Part shown: positions 42,851 through 52,201 of the stretch, piece after piece
Layout of the letters: every line of letters starts with the position of its first letter
Position numbering within the stretch: position 1 is the stretch's first letter
Source: Chloroflexota bacterium
GTDB taxonomy: Bacteria; Chloroflexota; Dehalococcoidia; GIF9; UBA5629
Assembly: GCA_037443085.1 (NCBI GenBank)
Contig: JBBIPA010000008.1
Location: 1-54,566, forward strand
Length of the DNA stretch: 54,566 bases
Reading direction: 5' to 3'
Made by a program: the position numbers and the translations under genes
Notes under the pieces: model-generated
Databases searched by the model: none
Told to the model about the DNA's origin: nothing
The model's input: only the letters and a program-made list of their open reading frames with translations

Positions 42851-44974
42851 ATGAGTTTACCCGTAGTTGATAAGGCTCACGGCTACCCGGCTAACCCGGA
42901 CAGGAAAACACCTGTCGACCACAGCATTATGCCTCCCTGCCAGGCTGCCTGCCCGTTACATATGGACATCAGGGAATACGTTGATTTAGTTGCCCAGGGC
43001 AAAATAATGGAGGCTTTGCATGTCATCAGGGATGGCAATCCTTTCCCCTCCATCTGTGCCTATGTGTGCACCCATCCCTGTGAGGAATCCTGCCGGCGGA
43101 ATCAGGTGGATAATCCCATCGCCATCCGCTCTTTGAAGAGGTTCGCCGTGGAGTTCGGCGGCGACAGCATGGTGCAGACTGAAGCCAGGACGGCACATCA
43201 GGAGAAGGTTGCCATAGTAGGCTCCGGTCCAGCGGGATTGTCCTGTGCCTATTACCTGCGGAAGCTCGGCTATCCAGCGACAGTGTTTGAGGCCCACTCC
43301 GAACTGGGCGGTATGCTGCGCGTCGGCATTCCCCAGTACCGCCTGCCCCGGGAGGTGGTTGACGTCGAGGTGAAACGGCTGACTCAAATGGGAGCCGAAA
43401 TCAGGACGAACACGCAGGTGGTATCCCTGGATTTGCTCTTCGATATGGGCTACAAGGCTATCTTCGTTACTATCGGCGCTCATAAGAGCCTCAAGATGGG
43501 GGTGGAAGGAGAGGAGCTATCCGGCGTAATAGACGGGGTGACGTTTCTCCGTGAGGTGAACCTGGGGCTGAAGCCGTCCCTGGGGGAGATGGTGGTGGTG
43601 GTTGGCGGCGGCAATGTGGCCATTGATGCTGCCCGCACCGCCCTGCGGCTGGGCGCTCCCAAGGTTGCCATCCTCTACCGGCGCAGCCGGGAGGAGATGC
43701 CCGCCGACCCCGTGGAAGTAGAGCAGGCCCTGGAAGAAGGGATAGAGATTTCATTCCTGGTAGCGCCGACGCGAATTAAACGGGAGAACGGGCTACTGAG
43801 CGTAACCTGTATTCGCATGGAGCTGGGCGAGCCTGATGCCAGTGGCAGGCGACGCCCGGTGCCGGTAGCAGGCAGCGAGTTTGCTGAAAAATACGATACC
43901 CTTATCTCCGCCATTGGCCAGGTGCCCCAGACGCCCGGTGATTTTCATGTGCAGGTGGGCAGGGGCAGCACTATCCAGGTTGACCCGCTAACCCTGATTA
44001 CCAACCGAACCGGCGTCTTTGCCGGTGGTGACGTGGTCACCGGGCCTTCGACGGTCACCGAAGCGCTGGCGGCGGGCAGAATGGCGGCTTACCGGATTGA
44101 TGAATATCTTCAGCACCAGTATCCAGCAGCCGGCAGAGAAGCAGCAACAAGTCTGGAAGGCAAGCTCACGCCTCATACCATAGAGATGATTCGGAAAATC
44201 GGCAGGCTGGACCCGCCAGTGCTGGCTCCGGAAGCCAGAATGAAGGACTTCCAGCCCATAGAGCACGTCTATGACTGGGAAGCTGCCATCAATGAAGCCA
44301 GGCGATGTCTCCGTTGCGGCATGGGAGCCAAGATATTGTTTCAGGATAAATGCGCTACCTGCCTCACCTGCTTGAGGGTCTGCCCTTATCATGTGCCTTA
44401 TCTGGATGGCAAAGGCGTGATTCAGATACCGGCCGACCAGTGCCTGGCCTGTGGCATCTGTGTTGCCGAATGTCCAGCCAAGGCTATTGTCCTGCGTAAA
44501 CCATGCGATCGAAGGCAGGTGGGAGAAGAACTGGAGCATGTGCTCGAGTCTATAACGCAATCAAAGTCTAAGTCACTAATTATCGGCTTTTGCTGCCAGT
44601 ACGGGCTGTTCGGCACGGGCACACTGGCCAGCCTGTGGCGGGGGGCTAAAGCTGGCATCGGGATAGTGCCTGTGCCCTGTGCGGCCAAAGTGGAAGAGAC
44701 TCATATGTTGCGTGCTTATGAGATGGGGGCGGAAGGTGTTTTCATCGCCAGTTGCGGGAAACAGTGTGCCCGGGAAAACACCGCTTTCTGGGTGCAGCAG
44801 CGCGTGGAGAAGGTGAGGCAGGCACTGAAGCAGATGGGACTGGAACCCGAGCGTCTGCAAGCCTTTGTCTCGGATGCTGCCATCGAAAACCCCGCCGGGG
44901 CGCTGGATAAATTCACCGAGCGGATCGGCAATCTTTATTTAGCCTCAATACTGGTGCAGGAGGTGAAACGTTGA
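42851..44974 (+). CDS. GltD/NfnB-like FAD/NAD(P)H oxidoreductase fused to 2x[4Fe-4S] and MvhD/FlpD domains
   Basis: PCQAACP, C..VC..PCE..C, GSGPAG, GGGNVAID, YRRS, GDVVTGP, EARRCLRC, two CxxCxxCxxxCP and a C-terminal GFCC..VPC..ASCxxxC..GLEPERL. Confidence 0.88.
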   Translation: MSLPVVDKAHGYPANPDRKTPVDHSIMPPCQAACPLHMDIREYVDLVAQGKIMEALHVIRDGNPFPSICAYVCTHPCEESCRRNQVDNPIAIRSLKRFAVEFGGDSMVQTEARTAHQEKVAIVGSGPAGLSCAYYLRKLGYPATVFEAHSELGGMLRVGIPQYRLPREVVDVEVKRLTQMGAEIRTNTQVVSLDLLFDMGYKAIFVTIGAHKSLKMGVEGEELSGVIDGVTFLREVNLGLKPSLGEMVVVVGGGNVAIDAARTALRLGAPKVAILYRRSREEMPADPVEVEQALEEGIEISFLVAPTRIKRENGLLSVTCIRMELGEPDASGRRRPVPVAGSEFAEKYDTLISAIGQVPQTPGDFHVQVGRGSTIQVDPLTLITNRTGVFAGGDVVTGPSTVTEALAAGRMAAYRIDEYLQHQYPAAGREAATSLEGKLTPHTIEMIRKIGRLDPPVLAPEARMKDFQPIEHVYDWEAAINEARRCLRCGMGAKILFQDKCATCLTCLRVCPYHVPYLDGKGVIQIPADQCLACGICVAECPAKAIVLRKPCDRRQVGEELEHVLESITQSKSKSLIIGFCCQYGLFGTGTLASLWRGAKAGIGIVPVPCAAKVEETHMLRAYEMGAEGVFIASCGKQCARENTAFWVQQRVEKVRQALKQMGLEPERLQAFVSDAAIENPAGALDKFTERIGNLYLASILVQEVKR

Positions 44975-45654
44975 TAGTTGCCACTCAAAAATCTCTGGAA
45001 GAAATCAGGCGCATGCTAAGTCCTTATCAGCGGGTGCTGATTCTCGGCTGCGGCACCTGTATGACGGTCTGTGACGCCGGCGGCGAACGGGAGGTTGCTT
45101 TCCTCCACAGCGCCCTGCGCCTGGCGCAGACCAAAGCCGCTGATGGAACTCATGCCTTTGCCGAATATACCGTAAAACGGCAGTGCGACCCTGAGTTTGT
45201 GGAGTTGCTCACCGATAGAGTCAAAGAGGTGGATGTGGTGCTGTCGCTGGGTTGTGGCATCGGGGTGCAGACCATAGCCGAAAGCTTCCCCGACATACCG
45301 GTGCTGCCTGGCGTCAACACCTCTTTTATGGGCGTAGCCAAAGAGTGGGGGGTCTGGGATGAGCGGTGCGCTGCCTGTGGTGAATGCCGATTGGAAGAGA
45401 CCGGCGGCATTTGCCCCATCAGCAGGTGTACCAAGGGGATACTCAACGGCCCCTGCGCCGGTACCAAGAACGGCAAATGCGAGGCGAATAAGGACATGGA
45501 TTGCGCCTGGGTGCTTATCTATAAGCGACTGGAAAAACTGCAACAACTGGAAAAGATGCGCCGCTACTATCCGCCGCGGAACTTCCGGGCTATTCCCCGT
45601 CCGAAGCGAATCATGGCTAAAGCGACTATTGCTGGAGGCGAGACTAATGGCTAA
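44971..45654 (+). CDS. metV: MetV-type small subunit of methylene-THF reductase
   Basis: GCGTC...C, RQCDPE, CGIGVQ and CAACGEC....GGICPISRCTKG.LNGPC.G...GKCE...DCAW; the TTG start overlaps the upstream stop. Confidence 0.9.
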   Translation: MIVATQKSLEEIRRMLSPYQRVLILGCGTCMTVCDAGGEREVAFLHSALRLAQTKAADGTHAFAEYTVKRQCDPEFVELLTDRVKEVDVVLSLGCGIGVQTIAESFPDIPVLPGVNTSFMGVAKEWGVWDERCAACGECRLEETGGICPISRCTKGILNGPCAGTKNGKCEANKDMDCAWVLIYKRLEKLQQLEKMRRYYPPRNFRAIPRPKRIMAKATIAGGETNG

Positions 45655-46549
45655 ATCATTATTTGAGGAAAAGCTGTACTCTGGTAAGTTCCTGGTGACC
45701 ACAGAGATAGGACCTCCCAAGGGGGCTGATGTCTCGGAGGTAACTCATCATATCGAGCTGCTCAAGGATAAGGTTGATGCCATCAATGTCACTGACCATC
45801 AGAGCTCGGTGATGCGCTATCCCTCTCTGGGTGGCTGCCTCCTGGTAAAGGAGCACGGCGGCGAGCCGATACTGCAGATGACCTGCCGCGACCGCAACCG
45901 CCTGGCGCTGCAGGCGGACCTGCTGTTCGCCTACTCCCGGGGCGTATGCAATGTCCTCTGTCTCACGGGGGATGCTGTTGACGTCGGCGACCATAAGGAG
46001 GCGAAGCCTGTCTTCGACCTGGATTCGGTGCAGTTGCTGGAGATGATCAGGACTCTGGAATCGGGAACAGACATGGCAGGCAATGAGCTTAAAGGGGTTC
46101 CCAAGTTCTGCGTCGGCTCCTCGGTACATCCTGAGGCGGATTTCGTTGTGGCGCAACTGGTGAAACTTAATAAGAAGGTGGCTGCCGGAGCGCAATTTTT
46201 CCAGACCCAGGGCATCTTTGAGCTGGCAAGCTTCCGGCGGTTTATGCAATACGCTTCACAGTTTAATGTCAAAATACTGGCTGGCATCATCGTCATGGCT
46301 TCAGCACGGATGGCGAAGTATATGAATGATAACGTTCCGGGCATCATCGTTCCTAAGACGGTTATCGATGAGCTGGCCACTGCGGAAAAGGGCAAAGGCC
46401 TGCAGAAAGGAATCGAGATTGCGGTGCGGCTGATAAAGACCATTAAGGAGGAGAAACTATGCCACGGAGTTCATATTATGGCAGTAGGCAATGAAAAAAT
46501 CGTGCCGGAGATTATTGAAGCTGCTGACCTGGTCGCTGTGCCTCATTGA
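45647..46549 (+). CDS. metF: Methylenetetrahydrofolate reductase large subunit
   Basis: EIGPPKG, INVTD, QMTCRDRNRLALQ, LTGD, GAQFFQTQ and GVHIMA; real start at ATG 45647, overlapping metV. Confidence 0.93.
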   Translation: MAKSLFEEKLYSGKFLVTTEIGPPKGADVSEVTHHIELLKDKVDAINVTDHQSSVMRYPSLGGCLLVKEHGGEPILQMTCRDRNRLALQADLLFAYSRGVCNVLCLTGDAVDVGDHKEAKPVFDLDSVQLLEMIRTLESGTDMAGNELKGVPKFCVGSSVHPEADFVVAQLVKLNKKVAAGAQFFQTQGIFELASFRRFMQYASQFNVKILAGIIVMASARMAKYMNDNVPGIIVPKTVIDELATAEKGKGLQKGIEIAVRLIKTIKEEKLCHGVHIMAVGNEKIVPEIIEAADLVAVPH

Positions 46550-46605
46550 AGAGCATGCCTCCCGGTTCAGCAGATTAGCCTGATTGAGCAAAGGAGGTAA
46601 ACAAG

Positions 46606-47394
46606 ATGGGAGAAAATGAAAAAATCCTGATAGTAGACGATGAACCTGAATTTGTGGAAGCTTTCCGCAAAACTTTTGAAGCCAGGTCTTATTGCGTGGT
46701 CACAGCTTGCAGCAGGGCAGAAGCCCAGGAGGTGATAGCAGCCGGACCCAATATCATCGTTCTGGGTACCCTGGCACCGGCCGGACAGGCATTTGCCATG
46801 CATAAGTGGCTGAAACAGCATCCCGAATATAAAGACATACCACTATTGGTGATAGATGCCCGATATGAGGAACGGCCTGTTAAGGGCTGGCGAAGATTTG
46901 AGGGCATACAGCTTGAGTCTGAGGGATACGTGAGCAAGCCAGTTGAGCCAGCAGCGTTAGTGCCTCAAATCCAGAGGTTGCTGGAGGAAGCAACCGGGCC
47001 GCGGCGGATAAAAGTCTTGATAGTGGACGATCACACTATGGTTAGGCAGGGAATACGAGCTCTTCTATCGGTGCAGCGGGACATGGAGGTAATAGGCGAG
47101 GCGGTTAATGGGCAGGACGCGCTGGAGCAGGTGCAGCGGCTGGCACCAAATATTACCTTGATGGATATAGTCATGCCCGTGATGAGCGGACTGGAAGCAA
47201 CAAAGCGCATAAGCAGCGAATACCCCTTCACCAAGGTTTTGATCTTGACTCAGTATGATGAGGAGGAGAATATGCTTGTCGCCAAGCAGGCTGGTGCGCA
47301 TGGCTTTATCCCCAAGCGAGCAGCAAGCTCAGACCTCGTAGGCAGTATCCGGGCGGTACACACCGGAAAATGCTTTGCCTGGGCCTTACCATGA
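46606..47394 (+). CDS. Tandem two-receiver-domain protein with no output domain
   Basis: REC1 has ILIVDDE...KP, with the phospho-Asp position apparently Gly (IIVLG). REC2 has VLIVDDH...LMDIVMP...K and ends without an HTH. Confidence 0.82.
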   Translation: MGENEKILIVDDEPEFVEAFRKTFEARSYCVVTACSRAEAQEVIAAGPNIIVLGTLAPAGQAFAMHKWLKQHPEYKDIPLLVIDARYEERPVKGWRRFEGIQLESEGYVSKPVEPAALVPQIQRLLEEATGPRRIKVLIVDDHTMVRQGIRALLSVQRDMEVIGEAVNGQDALEQVQRLAPNITLMDIVMPVMSGLEATKRISSEYPFTKVLILTQYDEEENMLVAKQAGAHGFIPKRAASSDLVGSIRAVHTGKCFAWALP

Positions 47395-47455
47395 TAGAGA
47401 GAACAGGCATCTTATTTAATTCTGCCAGTGCCGAGAGAGGCGAAACGGAGGGAAT

Positions 47456-47695
47456 ATGATGAAACATATATGTGCAACTTGTAAATTCGCTGAAGGGTTT
47501 GACCGGGGACCTGGCATCTCCGGTTCCGATGAAGGGGTTAAATGTACCAACTTGGAATTTGCCAAATATCTCGATAGGTTACAGAAAAGTGATTCCTACC
47601 AAAGAGAGTTCAACGTTCACGGGTTTATTAACGTATTCAGAGTAGAAGCGGTTGCCTCTCATGAAAGCGAGGTATGCCAGTTCTGGGAAGCTTAG
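47456..47695 (+). CDS. Small Cys-containing hypothetical protein
   Basis: 79 aa, GGAGG RBS, CATC...C...C. Confidence 0.55.
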   Translation: MMKHICATCKFAEGFDRGPGISGSDEGVKCTNLEFAKYLDRLQKSDSYQREFNVHGFINVFRVEAVASHESEVCQFWEA

Positions 47696-47913
47696 CAGAA
47701 AAAGGTAGCATAGCCAGGCAAAATAACCACAAACCAGAACCACTAAACTAATACTTTATTACTTCAGCAAGTTTGCCATCATGCATCGCGTGCTGCTTTA
47801 AGCACCATGTCGCTCGTGCCACCAGCCCTTGGTGACGAATGTTCGTTGCCCTCACTGGACATTTTCCTCCCCCAGTATTTATACTGTTAGCGTTTTTAAA
47901 GGGCAACTATGCA

Positions 47914-48831
47914 ATGAAGATAAGCATTATCGGCGCAGCCGGCACAGTAGGCTCCTGCGCTGCTTTTGAAATTGCCACTCAGGGCCTGACTGATGAGCTG
48001 GTGATGCTCGATGTCAATCACAACCTGCTGGAGCAGCAGGCTAATGACATCGGCGCCGCTGTGAGCGGCCTTTATGATATCACAGTCCGGGTCGGCAGCG
48101 ATGCCGACCTTTCCGGCTCGGATATCGTCATCATGTCAGCAGGAGCCACCATAAGGCCAAACACTGACCGCATGATATACCTGCGGGAAAATCTGCTGCT
48201 TATCAAAGATTTTGCCGGGAAACTGGCACGATTCTGCCCCGATGCCGTGGCGATTACGGCGACTAACCCTGTCGACCCCATGAACTATGCAATGCACAAG
48301 TATTTGGGACTTGACCGCCGCAAGCTGCTGGGCTACTCCCTCAATGACTCCATACGATTCCGCATGCTGATAGCAAAAGCTCTGGGCGTAAAGTCCACTC
48401 AGGTGGACGGCATGGTCATCGGGGAGCACGGTAATAGCCAGGTCATGCTCTTCAGTTCTGTCCGAGTAGATGGCAAGCCAGTGGCGTTGAGCGAGGAGAT
48501 GAAGCAGGATATTCGTAAAGAAATTCCCACTTTTCTCAGGTGGTGGTCTGCCTTGAAAGTAACTCGCACCGCCGGCTGGACGTCGGCAATAGGGCTGGCA
48601 GCCATGGTGGCTGCTCTGGCAAATGATGCTGGACATGTCATACCCTGCTCCGTGATGCTGGATGGGGAGTACGGCTGTCGGGGGTTAAGCATGGGTGTGC
48701 CTGCAGTATTGGGTAGAGGAGGCGTCAGGGAAGTTCTTAATTTGGAGCTGGCCCCTGATGAAAAACTGGAACTGGAACGCTGCATCGCAGTCCTAAAGAA
48801 TGCAGTGCGTTTGGTTGACGAGGCTCTATAA
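47914..48831 (+). CDS. LDH/MDH-superfamily 2-hydroxyacid dehydrogenase, paralog 1
   Basis: MKISIIGAAGTVG, TNPVD, DSIRF, GEHG and LDGEYG; likely ATG start at 47914. Confidence 0.88.
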   Translation: MKISIIGAAGTVGSCAAFEIATQGLTDELVMLDVNHNLLEQQANDIGAAVSGLYDITVRVGSDADLSGSDIVIMSAGATIRPNTDRMIYLRENLLLIKDFAGKLARFCPDAVAITATNPVDPMNYAMHKYLGLDRRKLLGYSLNDSIRFRMLIAKALGVKSTQVDGMVIGEHGNSQVMLFSSVRVDGKPVALSEEMKQDIRKEIPTFLRWWSALKVTRTAGWTSAIGLAAMVAALANDAGHVIPCSVMLDGEYGCRGLSMGVPAVLGRGGVREVLNLELAPDEKLELERCIAVLKNAVRLVDEAL

Positions 48832-48959
48832 TTATAGGCTCTAATCTCAACCCTTAGTTTGCCACAGTTTGCCGAAAGCGAGCGCAATCGCTATCAAAAG
48901 TTTTGCTGGAAAAACAGAGGCAAAAAGGTCAGTCCGGTAAAAAAAGAGGGGGTTCAGTA

Positions 48960-49898
48960 ATGAAGATTTCTATCATTGGCGCTGCTGGATGTATCGGTTC
49001 CTGTACTGCCTTTAACCTGGCTACACATGGATTGGCCGATGAACTGGTGATGATTGGTGGCAGCCGTCAGGATGCATTGAAACAACATGCTCTGGATATA
49101 GCTACTGGGATGTCAACGCAGGATATAGTTGTTAGAGCTGGCAGCTATGAGGACATGGCTGGCTCAGATATTGTCATCTCGGCAGCGGGAGCGCCGCAGG
49201 GCATAGTTAAGTCTCGCCTGGAATGGCTGCCCGCCAATATGGCGCTGGTTCAGGATATTGGCAAGAAGATAATGCAATTTTGTCCTGATGCAGTGGTGAT
49301 TAACGCCACCAACCCCGCAGACCCGTTTAATTATGCTATGTACCTGATGAGTTCCAAACGAGACCGCAGGAAATTCATAGGTTATTCTGCCAACGATACC
49401 TTCCGCTTTCGGATGATGGCCGCTGAAGCTCTCGGAGTGAGGCCACACCGGGTGGATGGTGTCGTCATCGGTGAGCATGGCGAAACCCAGGTCTTGATCT
49501 TCAGTTCTCTCAAGCTTGATGGAACACCGGTGGCTGTAACCGAGGCATTGAAACAGAATGTGTTAGGCCAGGTGCCCGGCATTCTTCATACCCTGGAGAC
49601 GTTCAAGGCAAAAACAGGGCGCACCGCCGGCTGGACATGCGCCGTAGGTTTGGCCATGATTTGTCGCGCTATCAAGCAGGATACCAGGGAAGTAATACCC
49701 TGTTCGGCAGTGCTGGACGGTGAATATGGTTACCGTGATGCCAGCATCACCGTTCCTGCCGTCATCGGCAAGGACGGTGTTCACCAGATTAAGGTGTTGG
49801 AGCTGACAGAGGAAGAGAAAGAAGGGCTGAAAAAGTCCGTTAACTTCCTGAGTTCTCATATGCGGTATGTGGAAGAGAAGCTGGGTATAAAAAAGTAG
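48960..49898 (+). CDS. LDH/MDH-superfamily 2-hydroxyacid dehydrogenase, paralog 2
   Basis: MKISIIGAAGCIG, TNPAD, DTFRF, GEHG and LDGEYG; likely ATG start at 48960. Confidence 0.88.
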   Translation: MKISIIGAAGCIGSCTAFNLATHGLADELVMIGGSRQDALKQHALDIATGMSTQDIVVRAGSYEDMAGSDIVISAAGAPQGIVKSRLEWLPANMALVQDIGKKIMQFCPDAVVINATNPADPFNYAMYLMSSKRDRRKFIGYSANDTFRFRMMAAEALGVRPHRVDGVVIGEHGETQVLIFSSLKLDGTPVAVTEALKQNVLGQVPGILHTLETFKAKTGRTAGWTCAVGLAMICRAIKQDTREVIPCSAVLDGEYGYRDASITVPAVIGKDGVHQIKVLELTEEEKEGLKKSVNFLSSHMRYVEEKLGIKK

Positions 49899-50034
49899 CC
49901 ACCAGCGGCAGTCAGTCCCTGGGATTTCGTTTAAGAGAGGTGTTGTATTTCCTCTAATGATTTATTTTCATGTTATAATGGCGGCGGCGTAAGCAACCGT
50001 CAACAGCTTTAATCTTAATGCAGGAGGTATTTTA

Positions 50035-52113
50035 GTGGACCCCAAAAAACGATTTGCTAAATTACTCGAGCCAGGCCAGATTGGCAAGATAAAGACCAGG
50101 AATCACCTGATAAAGACCGCCAACGGGTCATCTTTCATAGAGCCTTCCGGCTTCGTTGGTGATAGAGCACTCGGTTACTATGAGGGACTGGCCAAGGGTG
50201 GTGCTGGTCTGGTAATTGTCGAGTCCTGCGGTGTGGAATTTCCACTGGGTTGCCAGCATGTGGAGGCTCAGTTCCGTCTTAGCGATGACAAATATATTCC
50301 CAGCTATGCTGAATTAGCCAAGGTTGTTCACAAGCATGGCTGCCCGATAATGGTGCAGTTCCAGCATGCCGGTCCCTGGAACCCAACGGGGCTGCTACCG
50401 AAACGTGATACCAGAGCCGCCTCGGCATTGACCCAGGAGGAATTGCCCGGTCCAGATTTTGCTGTGCCCCGAGCGATGACCAAAGACGAGATTAAAGAGT
50501 ATGTAGATATCTGGGCAAAGGCAGCGGAACGCGCTGCTAAAGCCGGTTTTGATGGTTGTGAGATTAACGGTGGCACCTGTCACCAGATTAACACCTTCCT
50601 CTCCCGTATCTGGAATAAGCGCGAAGATGAATACGGCCCTCAGACTCTGGAAAACCGTGCTCGATTTATGTGTGAAGTCGTGCGCGAAGCTAAAAAGCGC
50701 TGTGGGCCGGACTTTACTATTACCTGCCTCATCAATATCAGGGAATATAACCACCCCAGGGGTACTACTATTGCCGAAGGTGTCCAGTTCGCTAAAATGC
50801 TGCAGGAGGCTGGTGCTGCTGCTATTCAATGCCGTGCTCATATTTATGGTCATCGCGAGGGACTGCTGCAACCTGATAGACTGCTTTATCCCGAGAAGCC
50901 GCAGTGGTTGTACACCGACCTCAAAGACCTGGATTGGAGCCGTAAAGGAGCCGGCGCCATAGTGCCACTGGCTGTAGCTGTCAAAAAGGAGGTCACCATA
51001 CCGGTTTGGTGTTCCTGTCGCCTTGACCCTGTGCTCGGAGAGAAATTTTTGAGAGAAGGTAAATTAGACTTTGTGCCTATGGTCAGGCGACTCCTGGCAG
51101 ACCATGAGTTGCCCAACAAGGTTGCCGCCGGCAAACTGGAAGATATCATACCATGCTCAGGCTGTCTGCACTGTATGGATGTGCGCAACAGGAATAAGCC
51201 TATTGAGTGCCGGGTTAATCCTGATTTAGGTAAAGAGCGGGAATACATAATTAAGCCGGCATTAAAGAAGAAGAAGGTAATGGTAGTCGGCGGAGGGCTT
51301 TCCGGTATGCAGGCAGCGATGGTGGCAGCCCAGAGAGGGCATGAGGTGACACTTTATGAGAGAAGCTCCCAGCTAGGAGGGTTGGTACCCATAGCTGCTC
51401 TGGTGAAGGACCTGGAGGCCGATGTTCTTTTAGACCTCATTCGCTATCTTAAACGCCAGTTGCATAAACATGGTGTAACCATCAAGATGAGGACTGAGGT
51501 AACTCCGGCACTGGTGGATAAGGCTAAGCCGGATGTCGTTGTTCTGGGTCTGGGGGGAACGGTTCAAATCCCGGAGATACCGGGTATGGACCGGCGTAAT
51601 GTAATGATCCTCACTCGCCTGGACAAACTGCTGATGGTTCTTGGTCCGAAACTTTCTGGCTGGGGCAGCAAAATATGGATGCCGGTCGGGAAGAGGGTTA
51701 TCGTCATGGGCGGCGAGCATCATGGCTGCGAGATAGCCGAATTCCTGATCAAGCGAGGCAGGAAGGTGACTATCCTGCATACCGGTGAAGAGTTTGCCGA
51801 AGGGATGACGGTTGATGATAAGCTGCGGTTATTCCCGTGGTTTGACGCCAAAGGCGTGGTCAGGTATGCCGGTGTCAAATACGAGGAGGTTACCGATAAA
51901 GGGCTGGTGTTTACCACCAAAGAAGGCAAGAAGATGACCCTTGAGTCTGATACTATCATGCCCTCTTTATTCTTGAAGCAGAACCTCGAAATGGCTGATG
52001 CCCTGAAAGGAAAGATCCCCGAAGTTTACACAGTTGGCAGTTGTGTCAAACCAGAGCCTGACCTGATGGTGGATGCCATAGCTGCGGGGGCGCGTATCGG
52101 TCATCAAATATAG
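50035..52113 (+). CDS. NADH:flavin oxidoreductase (OYE TIM barrel + 4Fe-4S + FAD; 2,4-dienoyl-CoA/enoate reductase/BaiCD-like)
   Basis: AKGGAGL, QFQHAG, AGFDGCEI, FLS...N.R.DEYG, CSGCLHC...CRVNP and VVGGGLSG; AGGAGG RBS with GTG start. Confidence 0.92.
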   Translation: MDPKKRFAKLLEPGQIGKIKTRNHLIKTANGSSFIEPSGFVGDRALGYYEGLAKGGAGLVIVESCGVEFPLGCQHVEAQFRLSDDKYIPSYAELAKVVHKHGCPIMVQFQHAGPWNPTGLLPKRDTRAASALTQEELPGPDFAVPRAMTKDEIKEYVDIWAKAAERAAKAGFDGCEINGGTCHQINTFLSRIWNKREDEYGPQTLENRARFMCEVVREAKKRCGPDFTITCLINIREYNHPRGTTIAEGVQFAKMLQEAGAAAIQCRAHIYGHREGLLQPDRLLYPEKPQWLYTDLKDLDWSRKGAGAIVPLAVAVKKEVTIPVWCSCRLDPVLGEKFLREGKLDFVPMVRRLLADHELPNKVAAGKLEDIIPCSGCLHCMDVRNRNKPIECRVNPDLGKEREYIIKPALKKKKVMVVGGGLSGMQAAMVAAQRGHEVTLYERSSQLGGLVPIAALVKDLEADVLLDLIRYLKRQLHKHGVTIKMRTEVTPALVDKAKPDVVVLGLGGTVQIPEIPGMDRRNVMILTRLDKLLMVLGPKLSGWGSKIWMPVGKRVIVMGGEHHGCEIAEFLIKRGRKVTILHTGEEFAEGMTVDDKLRLFPWFDAKGVVRYAGVKYEEVTDKGLVFTTKEGKKMTLESDTIMPSLFLKQNLEMADALKGKIPEVYTVGSCVKPEPDLMVDAIAAGARIGHQI

Positions 52114-52145
52114 GTTATGATTTTAGCGTACATAGCGGCATCTGA

Positions 52146-52168
52146 TGGGGAAGCCACTTTCTTCCCCA
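52146..52168. terminator. Hairpin between convergent genes, probable terminator
   Basis: tggggaag-ccacttt-cttcccca. Confidence 0.55.
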
Positions 52169-52201
52169 GTTTCCTTAGATACTAATCACTCTGCTACCCG
52201 C

